DNA of 64,000 nt, from NCBI GenBank assembly GCA_963801815.1, contig CAWDGJ010000003.1:640001-704000 (forward strand), given 5' to 3'. The position numbers and the translations under genes are program-made. This DNA comes from an uncultured Verrucomicrobiae bacterium (GTDB lineage: Bacteria; Verrucomicrobiota; Verrucomicrobiia; Chthoniobacterales; UBA10450). Positions 23,723 to 34,315 of this stretch are shown here, in pieces. Below the pieces are notes generated by a model. That model was not told where the DNA came from. It saw only the letters and a program-made list of their open reading frames with translations, and searched no databases. The first letter of the stretch is position 1, and each line of letters starts with the position of its first letter.

Positions 23723-25525
23723 CTACGATTCCGATGCAATTTGCAACTTGCCCAATAATTGAATAGCAAACATCAAGATAGTTCTCGGTGTCCGTCGGAA
23801 TGTGTAGTAGTGCAAGTGCATCGCGGGTCGAAGTGCTGGCGATATGTGCATCCGCGATACGAAGATATCATAAACACCTGCTAACGGTGCAGTAATTTCT
23901 CTTCCGTCCAGTCCCATACTATCAAGCCACAGTGCTAATCGTTTGATTTGACCCAGCTTCTTTTCCTTCGATTTCTTTGCATTTGTCGGGTCTATTTTTC
24001 CGTTCAGCAAAGAAAGATCGACTGTTTCTGAAACGATTCGATGTAGTTCTTTGCAAAGCAGGCAAACATCACTGAACGAGTCGCAATAGAACCGGTGAAT
24101 CCGATGAAGGAACTCTTCTTCGGATGGTAAGTGCAGAAGAAGCGGCTTTTCGTACACTGTTTCCGTCCGTCCTTGTAAAATCTCCAAATTATTCCAAAGC
24201 ATTGCTTCGGGTGCCCAAGTGTTGGCGGGAGCCGCGAGATTTTGAGACATGTGAAGTTCTTTAGACAGACCGCCCTCCGGGGCGACGTTGCCAAAGACCC
24301 AGTATTTCGGGCCCGTTCAGGAAAGTGCGACATATCTTGTATCCAAGGACGTTGATCAGTCCGACGTCGTTAACTCCGAAATGGAGGATTTGGTGTGGCG
24401 CAGGACCAATTTCACCCGTCTGTGCTGTATACCACTTTATTTCACTCGTCCGCGCTCTAAGTATGTGTCGGATTACTGAAGGTTTAAACCACAGCCAGCC
24501 GCGATATTCTTCCAGATCCTTACCGGCGAGGGTCGCTTGTTCTTGATTTTCGACGCGAAAATGAACGCGCGGCTCGACGTCATCACGCCGAATGCGCGGA
24601 CTCTTTTGCGCTGGCGATATCCAATGTTTTACCCAGATCCTACCGCTTAACCGGAAGAGCTTTTCTCCAGCTGCGACTCTGTCGAACGCTTCGTGTCGAG
24701 GGCTCGGGTTCAGCCGTTGGGTGCGCGTGCATGACAGGAACATCGTCCTCCGGATTAACGCTTTCGCGCCACATGTGAAGCACATGCGTCTTTAACCCAA
24801 AAGGTTGGCCGCCCTCATGAATTTGGTGTCAGATAGCCTTGCCACCAACCGTGATCGAAGTGACGCTGCTGCTGCCGTTGTTGTTCTTCACGAGATTTCT
24901 CCCAGTTTAGGTCCGGAAATGTTTCTTCAACGGCTCTCGAAATGCAAAGCCAGTCAAAAGCAATGCGGCCTTTTTTGCGCACAAATAATCGCGCAGGTGC
25001 TCTGCGCGAAAAAAGTAAAGCGTCGGGAACTCCGCGACCATTCCGCTCAAGTCGAGCAACCTCAACATCATCTTCCTCCGGCGCTATCCACGAATCGCCG
25101 CGTCGCATTAGTCCGAGGCCAACCTCTAATTCTTGAAGCAGGCTCCACTCCTTCGGGTCGCCGGTCGCAAAACTTCTTTTGATTACGGGGTGCAATACCA
25201 GTGGGTTGGCACTGTGGCTACCCGGGGGGTAGAAAGCCATTATCGTCTGCCCACGCTCGATCAGAATTGTGACGGCTGACAGACTGCCAATCGATCTGCT
25301 GAAAGTCTGGCTGAAGATCCAAGGGGACAATTATTGAATCAATGTCTCGGTAACTCTCTCGGAAATCTGCATGCAAACCGACCGTGTCGCAAGCTCTTTT
25401 CTTCTTAGGAGAAGCGGAATCCAGGTCGCGCGATCAAACGACAAGCGTTCAAAGTCTCGAGCTTCAATCCACTCAAGCGGAAATTTATCCTCGACGATTT
25501 TCTGAAGGTCTGTGGGTGATTTCAT
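23723..25525 (-). CDS. Large hypothetical protein broken into at least four ORFs (errors or pseudogene)
   Basis: Consecutive minus-strand ORFs (25331-25525, 24815-25330, 24261-24785, 23723-24250) with protein-like segments; lower GC than the flanks. Confidence 0.5.
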
Positions 25526-25585
25526 TGGGAAAGGATCTTTACCTTCGAAATTGTCGGAATTCGATTTTGAACCAATCGCCAGTAA

Positions 25586-26598
25586 TTAGGATGAAGCTTT
25601 GCGCATGATATCGTCTAATTCGCCGTCGGTCAGCAGCAGCGCGTCTGAGCCAATCATTTTCGCCAAAGACTGATTCTCTTTCGAATCTGCTGGCGCAATG
25701 AAGAACTCCAATGAGCAGCGCGCAATTGCTGTCCGCAGATTCTCCGCATCTAGTCGGTAGGGATTACGGCTACCGATCATAACTCGCGTCGCTGTAATGG
25801 GCAAGAGAGCGGCCAAGATCATATCATCGTTTTCGCTTATCGTTTTGAACGGCTTTGTTCCTTCAACGTGAAATACGGTGACACAATCACCGAGGATCAT
25901 GTTTGCCGACGGAAGTTCCGCCACACTGAACCTGAATGTTTTGTAATTCTTGACTCGAATTTCGGGTGCAATCGTTTTGCCCAGCGCTTTGTTGTGTGCC
26001 CCTTTAATAGAGGTGCGCAATGTTTCTGGAAGTGCGCTTATAATATTCCGGTGAGCTCGATCGATTTCGGGTCTCAGCTCATGCAAGGATTCTGACAACC
26101 GATTTGTCATTTCTTGCACAATCGCTCGCGATATCGATTGCGGTAGCCCTGCGCGGCGAAGTGTAGCTTTCGCCATCTCATCGATCTTTTCCGGGTTCCT
26201 TGCCATGTCCGCAGCAAGCAGTTCGTCGACTTTATCATCCGCTGCGAACTGAAGCTACGGTGGACGTTCTCGGTCGTTTGCTGAAAACTTTGTCGCAGAT
26301 GACGCGTTCGAACCTCGAGGTGAGCGAACATCTCAGGCAGAATTCCGGCATCAATCGGACCAGGTGGAGAATCCCGCAGCGCCCGAACGAGACGGCTAAA
26401 CTGTGCTTCCGCGGCCGTTATCGAATCATCGACATGTGTATAGTTTTCTTCTGAATAGAAGGTGCGCTCGACACCGACGTTGCGTGTCCTAACGCGACGA
26501 CCGGGCTGGTTTTTTCGGAAAAGCCAGACAGACCCGTCTGCATCGGCAAACCCTCGCTGAAGAAACTGCGGGAGATAATGTTGGCGATCGCCGGCCAT
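25586..26598 (-). CDS. DUF4238-domain protein, frameshift near 26250
   Basis: N-terminal RQHYLPQFLQRGF signature; ILGDCV and LLPIT in the C-terminal half. Confidence 0.7.
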
Positions 26599-27164
26599 AT
26601 ATGGAATACCATGGCATATGTTCAGGCGAACGCAATGCCTAGTTTCCTTTGTTCATGCTCCGTTACGACGCCGACATCGCGCGAATTCGACGCAATCGGA
26701 TTACAATCTTTCGACGAAAATCCACGTGTGAAGTCTCGGCAACCAACGCTCCAAGTTGGGATATCTTTTGAACACTGGCGAAAGAATGTTCGCGACTGTT
26801 GAGCGGATAATGTCTCTCACGATACGCTAAATCAGTTTAGCACAAAAAAAGGGGTTGTATCTCGAGATTCAAGATTTCGCATTGGTAAACGCTGAAACGC
26901 GGAAAGCTGAAATCAGAGGACAGCGGTCACGTGCCGGCGCCCTTGTGCTTGATTGCGGAGAGCGACCGTGATGTGTATCAACGGTTATGAATCTGAAATT
27001 CAGCACGTTGTTAATCGGATTGGGCATGTTTCTGCGCGCCTTCCCGAGGCGCGTCGCCGATTTCCCTAGATCGACAACCTGCGGTTGCGAACTCCCATCG
27101 TAAAGTTTTCTCCCGAAAACCGCTTGCGCAAACTAAGCCGCTCCTCTTCTGTAGAATTCTTCTC

Positions 27165-27734
27165 ATGAATATGAAATTCTGTACCGCATTTATCGGTGCG
27201 CTTTTACTGATACAAACCGGCCCAGTGTTCGGGCAACAAATTCCCGCTAGCGAGCTTCCGCCGCCCGGCACCGATACCGGGCTCGAAGGCAAATACGATC
27301 CGCAAAATGGAATCGCGCAACTGATCCGCGATAAGAGTAGTGAATCGGCTGCGTCGAAGATTTTCGAAGATGAACATGTGCTCGTCTTCATGCCGCTGCC
27401 GGAGGAAGAGGTGGTCGCCCCAGGCCACGTGCTGGTGGTCCCGAAACGAATGGGCGCGCGAAATTTGTTGGATCTCAAGCCGGACGAGATGTGTGCCCTG
27501 CTCGCTGCGGTTCAAAAAGCGGGGATCGCACAAAAAAATGGGTTGGGAGCAACGGGTTTCAGAGTGCAGTCAAATAACGGACTCAGCAGCAGCCAAACCG
27601 TTTACCATCCGCATTTTCACGTAATACCTTCGTATGGAGGGAAAGCGCCCGGAACTCCCGCGCCGAGAAGGAAGCTTTCGGACGCGGAGTACAAAGACGT
27701 CGCAGCGAAGCTGCGCGCGGCCTGGCCCAAGTAG
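27165..27734 (+). CDS. HIT-family hydrolase with signal peptide
   Basis: PGHVLVVPK, NNG..SSQTVYHPHFHVIP histidine triad; hydrophobic N-terminal signal. Confidence 0.85.
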   Translation: MNMKFCTAFIGALLLIQTGPVFGQQIPASELPPPGTDTGLEGKYDPQNGIAQLIRDKSSESAASKIFEDEHVLVFMPLPEEEVVAPGHVLVVPKRMGARNLLDLKPDEMCALLAAVQKAGIAQKNGLGATGFRVQSNNGLSSSQTVYHPHFHVIPSYGGKAPGTPAPRRKLSDAEYKDVAAKLRAAWPK

Positions 27735-27800
27735 TCAAAGGCAGAAGGAAAAACTAAGAATTAGGAAATACGGTTCGGAGACGAACCCGTACGCCTAGGG

Positions 27801-27863
27801 AATCACGCCGCTGTGCGGCAAAACCAAAGCCAGGGAACACAATTGATGAACTAGCGGGAGCGT
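27801..27863 (-). mobile_element. Element A copy 3 (63 bp), nested in a family B remnant
   Basis: ACGCTCCCGCTAG...TTGCCGCacaGCGGCGTGATT; flanks rejoin as ggctt/ccctagg, as in 17304-17315. Confidence 0.75.
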
Positions 27864-27895
27864 AAGCCGGCGACTCGGCTCGGGAAGCCGAAGAA

Positions 27896-27943
27896 GTGAC
27901 CAGCCTTCGCCAAGGCTGCGGCTTGGCAAGCGAGTGACCAGCG
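27896..27943 (+). repeat. Repeat family C (CTTCG...GCTACGGC...) in a GTGAC tract; near-identical copy at 29913-29961
   Basis: gtgaccagccttcgc(g)caaggct(g/a)cggcttggcaagcgagtgaccagcg; relatives at 28987, 37756, 46327 and 10583 (minus). Confidence 0.75.
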
Positions 27944-27995
27944 ACGAGGAAGTTGATTGTTGATGGTTGAGAGGTTGAGCAGAAGCAGAAAGCTG

Positions 27996-28057
27996 AATCA
28001 TGCCGCCATGCGGCAATCTAGATCCAGGGAACACTTTGGATGACCTAGCGGGAGCGT
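27996..28057 (-). mobile_element. Element A copy 4 (62 bp)
   Basis: Identical to 28908-28969 including flanks; sits in an AAAGCTGA/AACGCGGA tract. Confidence 0.8.
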
Positions 28058-28184
28058 AAACGCGGAAAGCTGAACGAGCGAGCCGGTTCTTTTTTTGCAT
28101 CCCTGTTAAGCGCGTTGTCCTTGGCTGACATAGCAAACCTTTCTTCTGTTAGTGTTCAAATCCACATCCCATTGGGGACAAGCC

Positions 28185-28631
28185 TTAACCGTAGGTGAGG
28201 TCGGTGCTCTGCCCGACCTCGATAATGTAACCGTCCGGATCGCGGATGTAGCATCGAATCTCGCCGTACTTGGGTATCGGTTCCGTGATGAACTCGGCCC
28301 CACGACTCTTCCATAACTCATAGCACGCTTGAATATCCGCAACGCGGAAATTCATAAAGCTGTTGATGTGATTCGGGTCCGGGACGCTGAGTGTTACCGT
28401 CGGCTTGTCCGGCGTCGGCCCGCCCCCGACGTTCAGAATCATCCAGATATTCGCGAGCTGAAGGTACGGAGGCGCGTTGCCGTCACCCATGGTCAGAATG
28501 CGAGCGCCGAAGACCTTTTCGTAGTAGCGAGCCGATCGCTCGACGTCGGCGACGGTGAGAAAGTGGGCGACGGTAAACCCATTCTGGGGCGGCATCTGAT
28601 AGCTTTTCTGCTCGACTTGCACTTGGTTCAT
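28185..28631 (-). CDS. VOC (glyoxalase/bleomycin resistance) family protein
   Basis: HFLTVADVERSARYYEKVFG; YIRDPDGYIIEV; SD ggagg. Confidence 0.9.
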   Translation of the reverse strand: MNQVQVEQKSYQMPPQNGFTVAHFLTVADVERSARYYEKVFGARILTMGDGNAPPYLQLANIWMILNVGGGPTPDKPTVTLSVPDPNHINSFMNFRVADIQACYELWKSRGAEFITEPIPKYGEIRCYIRDPDGYIIEVGQSTDLTYG

Positions 28632-28756
28632 AGACGCCTCCAATTCGGATATCGTATTTTTCCGTTGGCCAGAATACGTCGGGCAGTGTGCTTTAGCAAA
28701 AACGAGAAGCAAGAAGGGAAAAAGGCAATGGGGTCGTATCTAAAGGACAAAGACAA

Positions 28757-28905
28757 ACGCTGACAGCTGAAAACTGAAAAGCTGAAAAAGAGAATTGAGA
28801 ATTGAGAATTGAGTCGTTGAGAGGTGAAAGCAAAACGCGGACAGCGGAAAAAGAGCGTTGAGTTGTTGAGAAGTTGAGGCGTTGAGGCGTTGAGGAGACG
28901 AAAGC
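28757..28905 (+). repeat. Mixed heptamer/octamer tract
   Basis: gctgaaa, gaattga and gttgaggc units. Confidence 0.8.
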
Positions 28906-28907
28906 TG

Positions 28908-28969
28908 AATCATGCCGCCATGCGGCAATCTAGATCCAGGGAACACTTTGGATGACCTAGCGGGAGCGT
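28908..28969 (-). mobile_element. Element A copy 5 (62 bp)
   Basis: Exact copy of 27996-28057. Confidence 0.8.
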
Positions 28970-29089
28970 AAACGCGGAAAGCTGATCCTCCTTCGCATTG
29001 CTACGGCGCGACTAGAACACTGAAATCTAGAAAGACAGAGGACAGAAGGCAGAAATTAAAAAAGCACCCCTCGTCGTTCCTTTGCTTCG

Positions 29090-29821
29090 TCAAAAATGCG
29101 AGCCGACATACTCCCACATCTGATGGTGCCAGTAGGGCCAGTCGTGGCCGCCTTCCGGGCCCCAATCGTCCAGATGATGAGCAATACCGCGGTTCTTTAG
29201 GATCTCGGACATTCGATAGGTCGGCCCGCTGTTCTCCCACGGACCACAGCCGGTCACGAGTTGGATGTCGCAACTCGCGTACTGTTGGAGATACCAGGGA
29301 TCGCTCTGGTTCGCCATATAGTCGACCGGGTTATTGAAATAGAAATTGTCGTCATACATTCCGTCCATCGAGTCCCGCATATCATAGAGGCCGGACAGCG
29401 CGTAACAGCGTTTCACGTGGTCGGGATGTTTGAAGAGCGTGTTGGCCGCGTGATAGGCACCGAGCGATGCGCCTAACGTGGCAATCCCGATACCGGGCGT
29501 CTGGCATTGGGAGTCGATGAACGGGAACACTTCGTTCGCCACATACGCATCGTATTGCGCCTGCATCCAACTGCGATGGAACGGATGCGCGCCCTTGTTG
29601 GAGAACGAATCGCTCTGCACGCCGTTGATGCAGAAGATGCGGATGCGGCCTTGCTCGATGTAAGGGCTGAGGGTCTGAATCATCCCCTGACCTTCCTGCT
29701 CGAACTCGTCGCCCATGCTGGTAGGGAAGGCGAGAAGGGGCGCGCCGTAATTGCCGTAGATGGCGACGCCCATGTCGCGGTTGAGCCGGTTTGAATACCA
29801 ACGGTGATGGTCGCGGTGCAC
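29090..29821 (-). CDS. Alpha/beta-hydrolase esterase family protein
   Basis: GASLG nucleophile elbow, GHDWPYW catalytic His. Confidence 0.88.
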   Translation of the reverse strand: MHRDHHRWYSNRLNRDMGVAIYGNYGAPLLAFPTSMGDEFEQEGQGMIQTLSPYIEQGRIRIFCINGVQSDSFSNKGAHPFHRSWMQAQYDAYVANEVFPFIDSQCQTPGIGIATLGASLGAYHAANTLFKHPDHVKRCYALSGLYDMRDSMDGMYDDNFYFNNPVDYMANQSDPWYLQQYASCDIQLVTGCGPWENSGPTYRMSEILKNRGIAHHLDDWGPEGGHDWPYWHHQMWEYVGSHF

Positions 29822-30115
29822 CAAGGAAGTAAGAAGGAGGAATTAAAAATTAGAAAGTACAAACGCTGAAAGATGAAAAGCTGATCAACAAGTGGCGCGT
29901 GACATGTGACGGGTGACCAGCCTTCGCGCAAGGCTACGGCTTGGCAAGCGAGTGACCAGCGCCACATCGCGCATCCGCGAACTGGGGAAGAAGCGATTTC
30001 TAGTTAGCGGATCGCGAGTGCCTTACCCGCTTTCCGCCGGGCAACCCCGCGAGCGAAGGGCAAGGAAAGTAAGAATTCGGAATTAAGAATTAAGAATAAG
30101 AAAAGGAGCAGCAAT

Positions 30116-30784
30116 ATGAACATGAAACTCGAGGTGATAATCGTCCCTGTTTCCGATGTCGATCGCGCCAAAGCATTCTACGAGAAATTAGGGTTCCGGT
30201 TAGATGGCGACTTCGTCGTCGGTGAAAAGTTTCGGGCAATACAATTCACTCCTCCTAATTCAGAGGCATCGATCATCTTCGGAAAGGGAGTCACGTCGGC
30301 CAAGTCTGGCTCGGCGGACCTGGTGCTCGCAGTGGATAACGTCGACGCCGTCCGCAAGGACTTGATCGCCCGCGGCGCAAATGTGAGCGAAGTTTTTCAT
30401 TACGCCGGCGGCCCGTTCAACAACGCCATTGAAAACCCGCGCGTCGGCGGGCGTGATCCGGAAGGTCGTTCCTATTTCTCGTTTGCCTCGTTTGAGGATC
30501 CGGACGGGAACCGTTGGCTGCTCCAGGAGATCACGACTCGACTTCCGGGCCGGGAATGGAAATCGGCGCCAGCGGGAAAGATCGACATCGCCACGCTAGC
30601 CGAACTGCTTCACGAAACGGAGCAGCATCACGGCCAGTACGAGAGCACGCACGCCCCACATAATTGGTGGGACTGGTACGCGCCGTACTTCAACGCGCGG
30701 CAGAATGGTCAGAATTCGGCGGAAGCAACCGCCACTGCCGACCGTTACATGGACGAAGTTCATCATGTTCCTCGACGAGAATAG
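30116..30784 (+). CDS. VOC family protein with C-terminal extension
   Basis: VPVSDVDRAKAFY; SFASFEDPDGNRWLLQE; HNWWDWYAPY tail. Confidence 0.88.
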   Translation: MNMKLEVIIVPVSDVDRAKAFYEKLGFRLDGDFVVGEKFRAIQFTPPNSEASIIFGKGVTSAKSGSADLVLAVDNVDAVRKDLIARGANVSEVFHYAGGPFNNAIENPRVGGRDPEGRSYFSFASFEDPDGNRWLLQEITTRLPGREWKSAPAGKIDIATLAELLHETEQHHGQYESTHAPHNWWDWYAPYFNARQNGQNSAEATATADRYMDEVHHVPRRE

Positions 30785-30948
30785 TGACATGTGACGAGTG
30801 ACGAGAAAGTTGAGAGTTGATTGAGCGGAAGCAGAAAAACTGAAATGCGGAAATCTGAACACTTGAGACCTCGAAACTCTGAAAAGCTGAAAGTGTAAAG
30901 AAATTAAGCCGATCTGCGGCGTGAGCTGCGATCTTCGAGTGGGTAATC

Positions 30949-31200
30949 ATGGTCACGAATTCGATCTTTGCTGTGTCGCCGCAGTTGTTACCGATTCGTA
31001 TCCTTGCGGGCGTTGCTCTCGCGGCGGTGATCGTCACGTTCATTTATGTGGCACGTCATCTCAAGCGCCTGGAGCACACAATCCAAGCGGATAACCTCGT
31101 CCCGGCAAACCGCGGTCCGCGCAACAACCTGGTGTTGATGGTTTGCATCATTCCGATCATCGTCGTCAGCCTTTTGCTGTTTCTCATCATCAAAGCCTGA
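30949..31200 (+). CDS. Small two-TM hypothetical membrane protein
   Basis: Two hydrophobic segments, ATG start. Confidence 0.55.
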   Translation: MVTNSIFAVSPQLLPIRILAGVALAAVIVTFIYVARHLKRLEHTIQADNLVPANRGPRNNLVLMVCIIPIIVVSLLLFLIIKA

Positions 31201-31224
31201 CTCGTTGAGACGTTGAGGGGCTCG

Positions 31225-31402
31225 GAATGTCCACGACTTTTTTCGATCGTGTTCCAATTGCGAACGGTGCCAGGCCCACCGAGGAGTTTCTCGATCTCGC
31301 TGAGGTAGCCGATCACTTTCATCTGCCGACGATACAGACCCAGGACGAATCGATCCTGGATGGCAATGACGTTCAACAACCAGTCATCAGCTACGGGGAG
31401 AC
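31225..31402 (-). pseudogene. Orphan 3' fragment of a DUF1697 gene
   Basis: LPVADDWLLNVIAIQDRFVLGLYRRQMKVIGYLSEIEKLLGGPGTVRNWNTIEK aligns with the C-terminus of 56174..56701. Confidence 0.8.
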
Positions 31403-31496
31403 TACCCTTTCGGTAAGTGATTATTTCCGGGGTTGAGGCAATGCATTGACAAGTAAGACGTAACCGCACTAAACCAGCAGCAAGGAGCGTCCACCG

Positions 31497-33269
31497 ATGA
31501 AAATAAAAAAAATTGCCTCTGCTGAGCCGGAAAAGGATTTTGCCATAAGCAAGCTTACCTCCACCGAAGGTTCAACCCGACGAAAATTTCTCGCGCAGGT
31601 CGGCGCCGCTCTGGCCGGCGGCGCGGTGTTGGGCAAAGCGGCCATCGCTTCCGCCCAGGATTACAATTCCGCTGATGGGGAGAGCGTTGCTACGCCGCGC
31701 GGAGTAATCGATCCGCGAGTTGCACAGTCCTTCGCCATCCGCGTCGGGACGGCGACCAAGGAGGCGCTAATTCCGGTTCCGCCGCACACGACCAACGGCG
31801 ACGAAGCGCGGTATCCAGACAAATCGGGCAGCTACACCAAAGGTGTTCTGCAAAATGGGATCGGCCTGGTTAATTTGCCAGCTTTTCAGACTTTCCGAAA
31901 TGCGATCAATACCGGTACTTTCGCCGCCTTCGAAAGCGTGATTCTCGGCGGTCCGCGCACACTGAATGGTCCGCTGGGTGGACGCGCCTTCGCCTTGGAA
32001 GGAAGTGATGATGCGCAGTTCGGCAACGCTCCGTCGCCGGCTAATCAGATCAGCCAAGTCGTTGTTCCACCCGCTCCGGCCCTGGCGAGCGCGGCTTACG
32101 GAACAGAATTGGTCGAGCTGTACTGGGCTTCGCTGCTGCGGGATGTTGCGTTTACCGATTACGCCTCAAATTCCATCGCCTGGCAGGCTGCGGCCGAGCT
32201 GACAAGCATGCCTACCTACGCAGGCCCGAGGGATGGGTCCGGCCAGGTCACGCCCGATTTACTTTTTCGCGGCCCCTATCAAGGCGACACCGTGGGACCT
32301 TACCTTTCCCAGTTCTATCTCCAGCCCACCTACATGGGGGCGCAGCCGATCAGCCAGCAGTTCGTCACATTTGTGCCGAATATCGATTTCATGACCGACC
32401 CGACGACTTTTCAACAGGTCCAGAATGGCATCAGCAGTGGAGCGACGCTGACGTACGATCCACAGGTTCGCTACCTTCATGATGCGCGCGGGCTTTGTGC
32501 GTTCACCCACGTCGATGTGCTTTTTCAAACATTTTTCACTGCTTACCTTGTGCTCGGGTTTATCGGCGCGCCGCTGAACTCCGGCAATCCCTACGTCCAC
32601 TCGACAAAGCAGAACGGCTTCGGTACTTTCGGCGGTCCGGATTTCGCGGCTACGCTTGCGACCGTTGCTCGTTATGCGTTAAACAGCGTCTGGTATCAAA
32701 AATGGTGGATTCACCTCCGTCACCGGCCCGAGTCGGGCGGCGCGATTGTTCGCCAGATTCGAAAGGGATTCGGCAATACCCTCAACGGCCACGTAAATAA
32801 CAACGTGCTCAATTCGCAGGCGGTGCAAAGTAGCTTCAACAAATACGGGGACTACTTCCTTTCGCAGGCCTTTCCCGAAGGCTCGCCTACCCATCCGGCT
32901 TATCCGACCGGTCACGGCGCGGTCGCGGGTGCTTGCATCACCATCCTGAAATTCTTCTTTGACGGCAGTTTCGTTATTCCCAATCCGATGGTTGCGACCA
33001 ACGACGGGCTTTCACTCGTCCAATATACCGGTGCCGACGCGGGCCAGGTCACGGTCAACGGCGAGCTGAACAAGCTCGCGAACAACGTCTCTTTCGGGCA
33101 CGGGATTCTCTCGGGAATCCACTGGCGCAGCGACACCGCGGCGTCCATTCAACTGGGGGAAGCCGTGGCCATCAGCGTGCTGCAGGATCGAGCGGCAACC
33201 TATGCCGAGAAATTCACCGTCAGTCTGACCAAGATCGACGGTACGACCGCGACGATTTCCAATCAATAG
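31497..33269 (+). CDS. Vanadium-dependent haloperoxidase-like (PAP2 superfamily) protein, Tat-exported
   Basis: TRRKFL Tat motif; ELYWASLLRDV, WYQKW...RPE, EGSPTHPAYPTGH, GELNKLA, GIHWRSD. Confidence 0.88.
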   Translation: MKIKKIASAEPEKDFAISKLTSTEGSTRRKFLAQVGAALAGGAVLGKAAIASAQDYNSADGESVATPRGVIDPRVAQSFAIRVGTATKEALIPVPPHTTNGDEARYPDKSGSYTKGVLQNGIGLVNLPAFQTFRNAINTGTFAAFESVILGGPRTLNGPLGGRAFALEGSDDAQFGNAPSPANQISQVVVPPAPALASAAYGTELVELYWASLLRDVAFTDYASNSIAWQAAAELTSMPTYAGPRDGSGQVTPDLLFRGPYQGDTVGPYLSQFYLQPTYMGAQPISQQFVTFVPNIDFMTDPTTFQQVQNGISSGATLTYDPQVRYLHDARGLCAFTHVDVLFQTFFTAYLVLGFIGAPLNSGNPYVHSTKQNGFGTFGGPDFAATLATVARYALNSVWYQKWWIHLRHRPESGGAIVRQIRKGFGNTLNGHVNNNVLNSQAVQSSFNKYGDYFLSQAFPEGSPTHPAYPTGHGAVAGACITILKFFFDGSFVIPNPMVATNDGLSLVQYTGADAGQVTVNGELNKLANNVSFGHGILSGIHWRSDTAASIQLGEAVAISVLQDRAATYAEKFTVSLTKIDGTTATISNQ

Positions 33270-33676
33270 GATGCCAGGGAAAGAAACAAGCAGCTGGGTC
33301 GTATCATTCAGCGGCGCTTAAACATTCAACATTCAGCGGAAGTGACATGTGACCGCGCCGAAGAAAGTAAAAATTAGGAAGTAGGAAGTAGGAATTAGGA
33401 AGTAGAGAAGTACAAGAAGTGACGAGTGACGGGTGACGAGAGCAGAAAGCGACTTGACCGACCGTTCCAGCGAATCGCAAGCTTTCCGAGGTGTAACGCG
33501 CGATCTCCCGATCCGCTCGGTCGCCATGCCAGGCGACCAATGCAGTCTATCCGCTGGTTTCCCGGCACAGCGTATTCCCTTAATAGAGATTGCCGCAGAG
33601 CGGCATCGCTGGCTTCCGGCCAACGCTGCAAAGCGGCGTGATTGAGTCGTTGACTCCGTTTTGCTAGCAACTCCGT

Positions 33677-34172
33677 ATGAACTTACAGACCTGGGTTTCC
33701 CTCGCAGAGATCATCAGCGCGTTCGCGGTTACCTTGACGCTGATTGCCGTAATCGTATCGGTCCGGCAGAACACGCGATCGCAAAAAGCTCTCGCGGTCG
33801 AATCGCTCGCGGCCGCCATTACCGCAATCAACCTTCCCGGAATGGAGTCGCCCGCTCTTGGAGCGTGCGCTCGCCAAAACGATGGCCGATTGGAGTTCGG
33901 CCAGTCGCGAAGAGCGGATGATAGCGCATTTCTTCTTGTTTTCTTTTTTCAAGCTATTGGAGAACGCCTGGTATCAAAAGAAAGCGGGCATCCTTGATCC
34001 GGCCCAATGGGTTGGTTGGGAAACGATGTTGCGAAGATATTATCATGCCCCTGGAGTCCAGCAGGCCTGGTGGCCCGCGCGCAAGAATGGTTATTCGCCG
34101 GAATTTCAGAAATTCCTCTCCGAAACAAAACCGCCAGAAGAGCTCAGCACTTTGAGCGAATTGTTCGGCTAG
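33677..34172 (+). CDS. Hypothetical protein with N-terminal TM, frameshift near 33865
   Basis: Two overlapping ORFs join; ENAWYQKKAGILD...WW...YSPEFQKF. Confidence 0.6.
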
Positions 34173-34225
34173 CGCAGTTATTCTAACAAAGTGACGGGTG
34201 ACCGGTGACAAGAATAGTTGAAAGC

Positions 34226-34262
34226 AAAACGGCCGAACGTTTTTCACGTTCGGCCGCTGTTC
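34226..34262. terminator. Probable intrinsic terminator between convergent genes
   Basis: CGGCCGAACGT-tttc-ACGTTCGGCCG hairpin with an A-run on the left (U-tract for the minus-strand gene). Confidence 0.6.
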
Positions 34263-34315
34263 ACTAAATATTATCGTCGGCAGAAGACGCGCAGGCGTTT
34301 TCTCCGAATTACAGG

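Noticed and set aside
25328..25336. Stop read-through joining ORFs 25331-25525 and 24815-25330
   Set aside because: The codon is TAA, not TGA/TAG, and lies in a frameshift-riddled region.
18000..26900. dif site or origin explaining the repeat polarity switch
   Set aside because: No convincing XerC/XerD site or DnaA-box cluster found by eye.
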